From positions 2,120,493 through 2,184,492 of the forward strand of contig CAWGMQ010000008.1 of assembly GCA_963823665.1 (NCBI GenBank): a stretch of DNA of 64,000 nucleotides, given 5' to 3'. The position numbers were made by a program, and so were the translations under genes. The number at the start of each line of letters is the position of its first letter. Positions within the stretch are counted from its first letter, which is position 1. The notes beneath the pieces are model-generated. The model did not search any database. It worked only from the letters and a program-made list of their open reading frames with translations, and was not told the origin of the DNA. The DNA comes from an uncultured Planctomycetota bacterium. GTDB lineage: Bacteria > Planctomycetota > Planctomycetia > Isosphaerales > Isosphaeraceae. Shown here piece by piece: positions 8,491 to 17,611 of this stretch.

Positions 8491-10991
8491 ATGACCCGCC
8501 ATCCCCTTGTGCTCGCCGCGCTCGTAGTCGCTTTCCCATGCCTGACCCACGCCGCGGCCGCCGAGAATCTCACGCTGTTGCCATCCAGGTGCGAGTTGAC
8601 CACGCGAGAAAGCCGGCAGCGCCTGATCTTGCAGGAGCTCGAGGGCGACGAAGCCGGCCGTCAGATCACCGAGAAGATCGCCTGGTCTTCGAGCGATCCC
8701 CAGGTCGCCACCGTTGTCGATGGCCTGGTCATCCCCGCCCATGACGGCCAGACCACGATCACGGCCAAGGTCGGCGAGAAGCACGCGGCGGCTCAGGTCA
8801 TCGTTTCGGGCATGAGCCGCCCGTTCGAGTGGAGCTTCCGCACCCACGTCGAGCCCATGCTGGCCAAGCTCGGCTGCAACTCCGGGGCCTGCCATGGCGC
8901 GCTGGCCGGCAAGGGCGGCTTCAAGCTCTCCCTGCGCGGTTACGATCCAGCGACGGATTACTTCAACGTCGTCAAGCAAGATCGCGGCCGCCGCGTCGAG
9001 CTGTCTGACCCGGGCCGCAGCCTCGTCCTCGCCAAGCCATCCGGCGCGATCGCCCACAAGGGCGGCATCCGCTTCGCAACCGCCTCGCTCGACTACCGAG
9101 TCCTCGCCGAATGGCTGAGCACGGCGCTGCGCCCCCGAAGGACGATGACCCCCGTGTCCAGCAACTCGAGATCCTCCCGTCGCGATCGATCCAGCACGTC
9201 GGCCAGACGCAGCAGATCCTGGTCCGGGCCCGCTACTCCGACGGCCGCACCGAAGACATCACGCGCTCGGTGAAATGGTCATCCGCCGATGAGGCTGTTT
9301 GCCGCGTCGACGAACAAGGCAAAACCTCCGTCATCGGGCCGGGTGAAGGCGCCGTCGTGGCCTGGTACGCAAGCCGCCTCGCGATCGCCCGCGTCACGGT
9401 CCCTTACGACAACAAAATGCCCGCGAAAAGTGATATTGCTGACAAGCGCAAGCCGCGCAACTTCATCGACGAACAGGTCGACAAGCAGCTCACGCGGCTC
9501 AATCTGCCGGCTTCGCCGGCCTGCACCGATGCCGAGTTCGTGCGCCGCGCCTATGTCGATACCATCGGCCGGCCGCCCGAAGTCGACGAGGTCAAGGCCT
9601 TCCTCGCCGATAGCTCTCCCGCCAAGCGTGATGCCTTGATCGAAAGCCTGCTCAAACGGCCCGAGTTCGCCGATTACTGGACTTACAAGTGGTCTGACTT
9701 GCTCATGCTGAGCGGCACGCGGCTGCGGCCCGCTGCGCTCAAGACTTACTATCAATGGATCCACAAACAAGTGGCCGATGGGGCGCCGTGGGACCAGTTC
9801 GTCCGGGCGATCGTCACGGCAACCGGCGAGAGCGTCGAATACGGCCCCACCAACTTCTACGCGCTCTCCCAGTCTCCCGAAGACATGACCGAAAACGTCT
9901 CTCAGGCCTTCCTCGGCCTGTCGATCGGCTGCGCCAAGTGCCACAACCACCCACTCGAGAAATGGACCAACGACCAGTACTACAGCATGGCGAGCCTCTT
10001 TGCCCGGGTGAGAGCAAAAGGCTGGGGCGGCGAGGGACGCTCCGGCGACGGTCGCCGCACGCTGTACGTCGCTGAATCCGGCGAGCTGGTGCAGCCGCGA
10101 ACGGGCAAGCCGCAGCCTCCCACGCCGCTCGACGGCAGCCCGCTCGCCTTCGACGACCCGGCCGACCGCCGCGTGAGCCTCGCCAAATGGCTCACCGCGC
10201 CGGAAAACCCCTATTTCGCCCGCTCGATCGCCAACCGCGTTTGGGCCAACTTTCTCGGCGTCGGCTTGGTCGAGCAGGTCGACGACATGCGAGTTTCAAA
10301 CCCCGCCAGCAACGAATCGCTCCTCTCCGCCGCGGCGGATTATCTGGTGAAGCAAAAGTTCGATCTGAAAGCCCTCATGAAGGCCATTCTCCAGTCGAAC
10401 ACATACCAGCGCACCAGCCGCCCGCTACCGGGAAACCAGGCCGATCGCCGTTTTTATTCCCGGTATTATCCCACGCGGTTGATGGCCGAGGTGCTGCACG
10501 ACGCGATCGTGCAAGTGAGCCAGGTGCCGACCAAGTTCGACACGATCATGTTCCCCGGCGGCGACGTGCAGCAAACCGACTTCTATCCCCTCGGCACGCG
10601 GGCCGTGCAGCTCTATGACTCGGCGGTCGAGAATTATTTTCTGCAAACCTTCGGCCGCAATGCGCGGCGCATCGTCTGCGAATGCGAGCGGTCTAGCGAG
10701 CCCACAATGGTCCAGGTGCTGCACCTCTCCAACGGCATCACGCTCAACGACAAGCTGAAAGCACCCGGCAACCGCCTCGACAAATTGATCAAGCTGCGCC
10801 GGGAAGGAATGTCGGCCCCAGCCTTGATCGACGAGATCTATCTGGCCAGCCTGGCGCGCTATCCCAGCGACGCCGAGCGCAGCCATCTGATCGCATTGCT
10901 ACCGCCGCCGGGTGACTCGAGCGAGCACGAAATCGTTGAAGACATCTTCTGGGGCCTCTTGAGCAGCCGCGAGTTCCTGTTCAATCATTGA
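8491..10991 (+). CDS. DUF1549/DUF1553 (PSCyt2/PSD1) protein with Ig-like (Big_2) domains; one frameshift at ~9120
   Basis: Signal peptide, 'WSSSDPQVATV', 'GCNSGACHG', 'FVRRAYVDTIG', 'CAKCHNHP' and the terminal 'EFLFNH'. Track ORFs 8170-9273 and 9111-10991 join at EWL|xGAAPP with one base missing. Confidence 0.88.
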
Positions 10992-10998
10992 CGGAGAG

Positions 10999-13860
10999 AT
11001 GCTGATGCGAAGGCTCCTCGTGCTTGCGCTTGCGGCCGTTTCCGTGATCGGCTCAACTGCGCACGCCCAGACCAAGACCGCGCCGGACTACCGCGGCCAG
11101 ATCGCCCCGATCTTCACCAAGTATTGCACGGGCTGTCATAACGACGATGATCGCGAAGGCAAGTTCTCGCTCGAATCCTTCCGCTCGCTTCAAAAAGGAA
11201 CCGAGAAGGGCCCCGTGATCTTGCCGGGCGATCCCAAGAGCAGCTTGATGATCCGTGTGCTCACCGGCGCCGCCAAGCCGAGCATGCCGCCCAAGGGCGA
11301 GCCGCGACCGGAAGCACGCGAGATCGCGATCATTGCCGCGTGGATCGAAGCCGGGCGCACGGACCTGCGGGCGAAGAGCCCGACCGATTAGCGTTGATCG
11401 TGCCCAAGATTCCCTCGCACGCGAAAGTGCGCCCGATCGTCGCGCTCGACGCCTCGCGCGACGGCAAGTGGCTCGCGGTCGCCCGCGCTGCCGAGGTCGC
11501 ACTTTACAAAATGCCGGTGCAGGGCAGGGGACTGCCCGAACGTCCCGAGCGATTGATCGGCAAGTTTCCCGGCAAAGTCACGGCGCTGCACTTCACAAGG
11601 GATGGGTCGAAACTGATCACCGCCTCCGGAGTCGCCGGCCTGGGCGGGGTCGCTGCAATCTGGAACGTCGCCGACGGTGCGCTCATCCGCGAGTTTCCCG
11701 GTCACCGCGACATCCTCTACGAAGCCGAGCTCTCGCCCGACGGAATGCGCCTGGCCACCTGCGGCTACGACAAGCAAATCGAGGTGTGGGATGCGACTTC
11801 CGGCAAGCTCCTCCGAACGCTCGAGGGCCACACCGGCGCGGTCTACGACATCGCCTTTAGCCCCGACGGCCGCACGCTGGTGAGCGCCAGCGCCGACGAC
11901 ACCTGCAAGGTGTGGCGAGTGGAGGATGGCCAGCGCCTGGACACGCTGCCCCAGCCGCTCAAAGCCGAATATGCGTGTGCGTTCAGCCCCGACGGCCAAT
12001 CCATCGTCGCCGCCGGCGCCGACAACAACATCCGTGTCTGGCAGTTCGTCTCGCGCGACAAGCCGGAAATCAACCCGATGGTGATTGCCCGCTTTGCTCA
12101 CGAAGGACCGATCACCCGGCTGGCGTTCACGCCCGATGGCTCCAAGCTCGTCTCGCTGGCGGAAGACCGCACAGTCAAGGTGTGGCAAACCAAAGACTAC
12201 AGCGAGCTGCAGCTCTGGGACAATCAGCCCGACGTGCCGGCGGCGCTCGCATTCGCAGGCGGCGGCACGATCTTGATCGGGCGCATGGACGGATCTCTCG
12301 CAAACTACACGATCCCCGCGGCGGCCCCAGTTGAGGCCGCTGCGGCCCTTGCAAAAACTCCGATCGTTAAAGTTGCCGAGCCTGAAAAGCTCGGCGAGCT
12401 TTCCGAACATGAGCCCAACAATTCACCCGCCCAGGCGCAGGTGCTGGCCCAGCTTCCCACTCAGATCAAGGGAACGATATCGGGCGCAGCGAATGGGCCA
12501 GTCGATGCCGATCTCTATCGATTTACCGCCAGGGCCGGCGAGCAGTGGGTGATCGAAGTGAACGCCGCGCGTTCTTCCTCGAAGCTCGATTCTTTCCTAG
12601 AGGTGCTGGACAGCAAGGGCAATCGCGTGCCGCGCGTGTTGTTGCAGGCCGTGCGCGATTCTTACTTCACGTTCCGGGGAAAGGACGACACCGAGTCTGG
12701 CGACTTCCGGGTGTTCAACTGGCAAGAGATGAAACTTGATGAATACCTTTATTCTAATGGCGAGGTTGTCAAGCTCTGGCTCTATCCCCGCGGCCCGGAT
12801 TCCGGTTTTGGAGTCTATCCCGGCCAGGGAATGCGGTGGGGTTATCTCGACACGACTCCGCTCTCGCACGCCCTGGGAGAGCCCTGCTACATCGTCGAGC
12901 CTCATCCGCCCGGAACGAAGCTCGTTCCGAACGGGCTCCCGGTTTTCCTGATCAACAACGAAAACGATGACGACAGCCATCGCGAACTGGGCAAGGACTC
13001 GCGCCTGTTCTTCACGGCACCAGCCGACGGTCAGTATTTGATCAAGATCAAGGACGTGCGCGGGCTTCAAGGTCCCGAATTTCGGTACACTCTCACGGTC
13101 CGCCATCGGCACGAAGACTTCAAGGTCACGCTCCATGGAGCCGACCTCACGGTGGATGCCGGCAGCGCCAAGGAGTTCAAGCTGACCGCGCAGCGGCTCG
13201 ACAATTTCCAGGGGCCGATTCGCGTCGACATCACCGGCCTGCCGTCCGGGATTCTCGGCGACCACCCCGGTGACGATCGAAGCCGGTCAAATAGAGGCCT
13301 TCGGCGTCATCACCGCCGCCGAGAATGCCGAAAAACCAGCAGCGGATGCGGCCAAGCAGAGCAAAGTGACGGCATCGGCGTTGATTGCAGATCGCGACGT
13401 CACCCATCCGATCAACAACCTTGGAACCATCAAGCTCGGCGCGACGACTCCCAAACTTCGGGTGAAAATCACCGCCGCGAAAGGTGGCGCAGCCCCGCTG
13501 AACGCGTCATCGAACGGCCCGCTCGAATTTGCCGTTGCGCCCGGCCAAACAATCATGCTCAAGGTGAAAGTCGAGCGCAACAGCTTGAAAGGCCCGATCT
13601 CTTTCGGCAATGAAGGATCCGGCCGGAATCTCCCCTTCGGCGTCATCGTGGACAACATCGGCCTGAACGGGCTCTTGCTGCTCGACAACCAGGACGAGCG
13701 CGAGATCTTCATCACATCCGACGGCAACACCCGCGAGCAAACGCGGCAGTTTCACCTCACCACCGGCGCCGGCGGCGGCCAGTCGAGCCACCCGGTGACG
13801 TTGTACGTGCGTAGGCCGGTCCTGCGCGCTGCCAGCGCGGCAAAACGAAGCGCAAACTGA
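10999..13860 (+). CDS. Planctomycete cytochrome c (PSCyt1) + WD40 propeller + PPC-like domain protein; frameshifts at ~11355 and ~13249
   Basis: 'CTGCH' heme motif with 'MPP...WIEAG', WD40 repeats (GH...FSPDG...KVW), and 'EHEPNN...DADLYRF' PPC-like domains. Three consecutive ORFs join by single-G indels in GGG runs. Confidence 0.85.
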
Positions 13861-13941
13861 ATGACTGCTGGGCCCGATTGTACATTCACGGCGTCATCGA
13901 GCGGGACGTTCACGACGTCGGCGTGACTGGCCTGTCCAAGA

Positions 13942-13956
13942 TGCTATAATCGAATT
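13942..13956 (+). promoter_or_regulatory. Extended -10 promoter (TGcTATAAT), probably giving a leaderless mRNA
   Basis: TATAAT at 13945-13950 is preceded by TG-n. The ATG is 6 nt later at 13957, and there is no SD sequence. Confidence 0.6.
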
Positions 13957-14226
13957 ATGATGCCCACAAACAATGCCCCCGTGCTCGACCGCCTCGTTAC
14001 CCCGCTTGGTGAATGCTTGACCCCGGAATCCGCCAGGCGGGTGTTGGCGCTGCGAGCCGACGCTACCCTGCAGCCGCGGGTGGATGAACTCGCCGACAGG
14101 CACAACGAAGGGCTGTTGACTCCGGACGAGCTGGCCGAATACAGCACCTTCGTGAGCTTCGGCACCTTCGTTGGCATCCTCAAGTCCAAAGCTCGCCAGC
14201 TTCTCACAGCTCGCTCGGATGATTGA
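13957..14226 (+). CDS. Small helical hypothetical protein (antitoxin-like partner of HNH gene)
   Basis: 89 aa, 'LTPESARRVLALRAD...RVDELADRHNEGLLTPDELAEY'. It has a strong promoter and overlaps the start of the HNH gene. Confidence 0.72.
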   Translation: MMPTNNAPVLDRLVTPLGECLTPESARRVLALRADATLQPRVDELADRHNEGLLTPDELAEYSTFVSFGTFVGILKSKARQLLTARSDD

Positions 14227-14495
14227 TGGACGCTGCACTCCGAGCCCTCGTCCGTGAACGCGCATGCAGCCGCCGTGAATATTGCCAGCTTCACGAGGAC
14301 GATGCGGCGTTTTTGTCGTTCCATATTGAGCACATCATTGCCAAACAACACGGCGGGATCGACGATCCCGAAATCCTTTGCCTCGCCTGCGCAGAGTGCA
14401 ATCTGGCAAAGGGGCCTAATCTATCGGGGCTGCTCGGCGGCAAGCTCTACCCATTATTCAACCCGCGTAAGCGCCCACCCAAGGCCGCCTTGTGA
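14223..14495 (+). pseudogene. HNH endonuclease, truncated and degenerate
   Basis: 'FHIEHIIAKQHGG.DD...LCLACAECNLAKG'. The first CxxC is broken (RREYC instead of RCEYC). The ORF ends shortly after 'PLFNPR', where such proteins normally continue. Confidence 0.75.
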
Positions 14496-14595
14496 GAACT
14501 CGAACCTCCGGGCATGATGGAATTCAGCCGAGGCACCGCGGCTTGGACGACCGGAAACCCCTCGAAACCGATGGCCAGCGAACCCAGGAACAATC

Positions 14596-15534
14596 GTGTC
14601 GCACAACCATTGCCACGAGGTGACGGCCAGCAACCCACGACTTGGACTCTCGATCGCCCTGACGCTCGCCTTCGTCCTCGGCGAGGCCGTCGTCGGCTAC
14701 CTCTCGCATAGCCTCGCCTTGATGTCCGACGCCGGCCACAACTTCAGTGACGCGCTCGCACTGGCGCTCTCCTGGTACGGATTCCAGGCCGCAAAGCAGC
14801 CGGCGTCCGCCAAGCGGACGTTCGGCTCGCATCGCGTGGGAATCCTCGCCGCGCTCGCCAACGCCCTGACCTTGGTCGCGATCGGGGCCATCATCATCTG
14901 GGAAGCCATCGAGCGGTTTCGCAACCCGAAGCCCGTCCAGAGCGGCCCCATGATCTGGGTGGCACTCGTGGCCGTTGTCTTGAACGGCGTGATCAGCCTG
15001 TGGCTCCGTAGCGGTGCCAAGCGCGACCTGAACCTCCGAAGCGCCTATCTCCACATGCTCGGCGATGCCGTATCGGCGTTTGGAGTCGTTCTCGCGGGCA
15101 TCATCGTTGCCTTCACCGGCAGCCCACTCGCCGACCCCGTGGTCTCGCTCCTGATCGGATTGGCGATTATCTGGAGCTCTTGGGGCATCATCACCGAATC
15201 CGTGGGGATCCTGCTGGAAGCTGTACCCAAAGGCGTCGATATGGAGGCCCTCGAGCGGTCAATCAAGGGAGTTCACGGCGTTCTCGGTGTTCACGACTTG
15301 CACGTCTGGACCGTTGCCTCTGGAATCCACTCGGCAAGCTGTCACGTCCTCGTTTCGGAGCAAAGCATCCGGAGCGGCGAGCAGATTCTCAAGGCCGTGG
15401 CCGAGATGCTCACGCACGACTTCGCCATCGGCCATACCACCATTCAGGTTGAAGTGGAAGGGTGCGACGCCGATTCGCTTTATTGCACGATGACACCTCT
15501 CGGGGCTCATCATCATCACCGTCACCAGCACTGA
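14596..15534 (+). CDS. czcD: Cation diffusion facilitator (CzcD/ZitB-like Zn/Co/Cd exporter)
   Basis: 'SLALMSDAGHNFSD', 'NLRSAYLHMLGD', 'VHDLHVW' and 'HTTIQVE', with His-rich termini. Confidence 0.92.
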   Translation: MSHNHCHEVTASNPRLGLSIALTLAFVLGEAVVGYLSHSLALMSDAGHNFSDALALALSWYGFQAAKQPASAKRTFGSHRVGILAALANALTLVAIGAIIIWEAIERFRNPKPVQSGPMIWVALVAVVLNGVISLWLRSGAKRDLNLRSAYLHMLGDAVSAFGVVLAGIIVAFTGSPLADPVVSLLIGLAIIWSSWGIITESVGILLEAVPKGVDMEALERSIKGVHGVLGVHDLHVWTVASGIHSASCHVLVSEQSIRSGEQILKAVAEMLTHDFAIGHTTIQVEVEGCDADSLYCTMTPLGAHHHHRHQH

Positions 15535-15562
15535 CATTCCACGATCAAGTGCATCTCAGCGT

Positions 15563-15913
15563 CTACCACATCGGAACTAGCACGAACGCCTGACCGATCG
15601 CAAACAGCAACCACATCACGACTGCGGTCACTCCCAAAGATCGACCGGCGATTGCTAAACTACCACGCCCGCGCACGCTCAGCCGCAGCCCGCAAGCGGC
15701 TGCCCAGAATACACAGGCGAGGATGATCGCCGTGCTGATGCCGTGCAGCCGGGCATCCGACCGGCTCATGATGGTGCGGCCCACCGAAGCAATCAAGACG
15801 TTGAATACCATGCCAACGGTGGCGGTGAGCATCAAGAACCCGCCGATCAACGTGGAAGCCAGCCCGGATTCCCACCCTGGTTCGCGCTCCGGGCCAGATT
15901 GCAGATCTTTCAT
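15563..15913 (-). CDS. Hypothetical membrane protein (about 3 TM helices)
   Basis: 116-aa ORF with hydrophobic segments. GGAGG precedes the ATG, and the gene is co-directional downstream of vapC. Confidence 0.6.
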   Translation of the reverse strand: MKDLQSGPEREPGWESGLASTLIGGFLMLTATVGMVFNVLIASVGRTIMSRSDARLHGISTAIILACVFWAAACGLRLSVRGRGSLAIAGRSLGVTAVVMWLLFAIGQAFVLVPMW

Positions 15914-15946
15914 GGGCGCCTCCGCATTTCTCCACCCCCTGAACGC

Positions 15947-16429
15947 TCACGAACGGTTTCTGTCATCCCTTCCTTCCTTGCTAGGCGCGCTTTTTTGCGG
16001 AGAGTAGATCGGAACACCATTGGCCCGGGCCGCTCTTTCAAGATCCTTGTCGAGAGTGGCCAATGGGACGCCGAGGCGCATGACCAACTCCAAATACGCG
16101 GCATCGTATATTGTGAGCTTGTGCACACGCCCGAGGTCAAGAATTGGGTCGAAAGCCCGCGCGGACGCCTCAGTGTCGATGGCGATCGGCAATGCACAGA
16201 GAAATCGGAGCCACCTGGTGGCCTTTGCCTGTGTCGAGCGTTTGCGGCGCTCACCCATGAGCAACACGTTGGCGACTTCCAGCGGCCAGAGAGCCGGGAC
16301 GGCGGCTCGTTCGGTGGCGAGGCTCGCCCGAACGGCGTTCGTGTAGGGTGTGGCTTCGTCCTTGAAGTACCAAGCCATCGTGATGGAGCAATCGATAACC
16401 AGAGTCTCGGTACCGTCGGTGATTCGCAT
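15947..16429 (-). CDS. vapC: VapC-family PIN toxin
   Basis: 'LVIDCS', 'VPALWPLEVANVL' and 'LTIYDAAYLEL...LATLDKDL'. Confidence 0.9.
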   Translation of the reverse strand: MRITDGTETLVIDCSITMAWYFKDEATPYTNAVRASLATERAAVPALWPLEVANVLLMGERRKRSTQAKATRWLRFLCALPIAIDTEASARAFDPILDLGRVHKLTIYDAAYLELVMRLGVPLATLDKDLERAARANGVPIYSPQKSAPSKEGRDDRNRS

Positions 16430-16436
16430 TAGGCAC

Positions 16437-16688
16437 CTAGCGACGACCTTGATTCATGAGGTCGCGGACCGAGAGCTCGCTACCAAGCGACGGACCTTCT
16501 TCCTCCTGAAAGCGGGCCATGGCTGCGATTGTCTCGGCGACGTTTGGACGTCCTGCTGTCGGTCCGGCGGGCACAAGGCGCGCGATGGGCTTGCCGTGGC
16601 GGGTGATTATAAACGTTTCGCCGCCCTCAACGCGCTCGAGCAAATGCGGCAGATGTGTCTTGGCCTGGTACGATCCGACTGTTTCCAT
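16437..16688 (-). CDS. Phd/YefM-family antitoxin
   Basis: 'VGSYQAKTHLPHLLERVEGGETFIITRHGKPIARLVP', with an AAGGAG RBS. Confidence 0.92.
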   Translation of the reverse strand: METVGSYQAKTHLPHLLERVEGGETFIITRHGKPIARLVPAGPTAGRPNVAETIAAMARFQEEEGPSLGSELSVRDLMNQGRR

Positions 16689-16703
16689 TGTGATCTCCTT
16701 CTT

Positions 16704-16715
16704 TAGACCAGTCTA
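16704..16715. promoter_or_regulatory. Palindromic operator candidate for TA autorepression
   Basis: TAGAC-CA-GTCTA inverted repeat immediately upstream of the antitoxin RBS. Confidence 0.5.
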
Positions 16716-16992
16716 GGCTAGTCGAAATAGCGTCGGAATGCAAGGCTTCCGTGATGTCCACCAATCCCATGATGGAACTCCCGTGTCGAGTGCAATCAGC
16801 ATCGCTGGAGTCGATGGCGAGTGGAAACCGTATTCGCTTAAACTGTCGAACTGCTTTCGCGATCTGGCAATGCGCGCAGTTCGGTCAGACCAAAAGTCCA
16901 ATCGATCCAAGCGTCGCTTTCAGTGCGAACGCCGTCTGGATTGATTTTCATCGGCGCGAGCGATGGAGTTTGCAACTCTTACGGTGTACCAA

Positions 16993-17541
16993 ATGAATGA
17001 AGTTACGCGGATCCTTCGAAAGATCGAAGAAGGCGAGGGCGTCGCTGCGGAGCAACTCTTGCCCCCGGTTTACAATGCATTGCGCCGGTTGGCGGCTCAG
17101 CAGCTCGCCGCGGAAAAGCCGGGGCAGACGCTGGACGCGACCGCTCTGGTGCACGAAGCGTACCTGAGGTTGCTGGGCGGACAGCAATTCGAGAATCGCC
17201 GCCACTTTTTCGCTGCTGCCGCTGAGGCCATGCGACGGATTCTCGTCGAGCGGGCACGGGCAAGGCGCAGCTTGAAGCGTGGCGCCGGGCACGCACGCGT
17301 TGATCTTGATGGCGCGGCCGAATTCGCGCCCGAGCGGAGTGATGAATTGCTCGCGGTAGACGCGGCTCTCGGTCGACTGGCCGCCGTCGAACCTCAGGCT
17401 GCGGAACTCGTGCGACTGCGGTATTTTGCCGGCTGCACTATGAACGAGGCGTCGGAACTGCTGGGAATGTCTTTGCGAAGCGCCAACCGCCTTTGGGCTT
17501 ATGCAAAAGCATGGCTGCTTCGGGAACTTCGGCCCGATTAG
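16993..17541 (+). CDS. ECF sigma factor, TIGR02999 (Planctomycete/Verrucomicrobia) type
   Basis: 'EVTRIL...LLPPVYNALRRLA...QTLDATALVHEAYLRL...FFAAAAEAMRRILVE...WAYAKAWL'. Confidence 0.92.
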   Translation: MNEVTRILRKIEEGEGVAAEQLLPPVYNALRRLAAQQLAAEKPGQTLDATALVHEAYLRLLGGQQFENRRHFFAAAAEAMRRILVERARARRSLKRGAGHARVDLDGAAEFAPERSDELLAVDAALGRLAAVEPQAAELVRLRYFAGCTMNEASELLGMSLRSANRLWAYAKAWLLRELRPD

Positions 17542-17611
17542 CTTTCATTAGATTTTGGCACGTTTCGCGCGCCGATTTCGCATCTTGGGATGGGCAGGGA
17601 GAATTCGTGCT

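Noticed and set aside
9100..13270. Programmed ribosomal frameshifting in the PSCyt operon
   Set aside because: There are no X-XXY-YYZ slippery sites. The indels go in both directions and also occur in unrelated genes, so sequencing error is the simpler explanation.
16738..16944. 68-aa ORF between the antitoxin and ECF sigma genes
   Set aside because: There is no RBS or recognisable motif. It could be a remnant, but I cannot support it.
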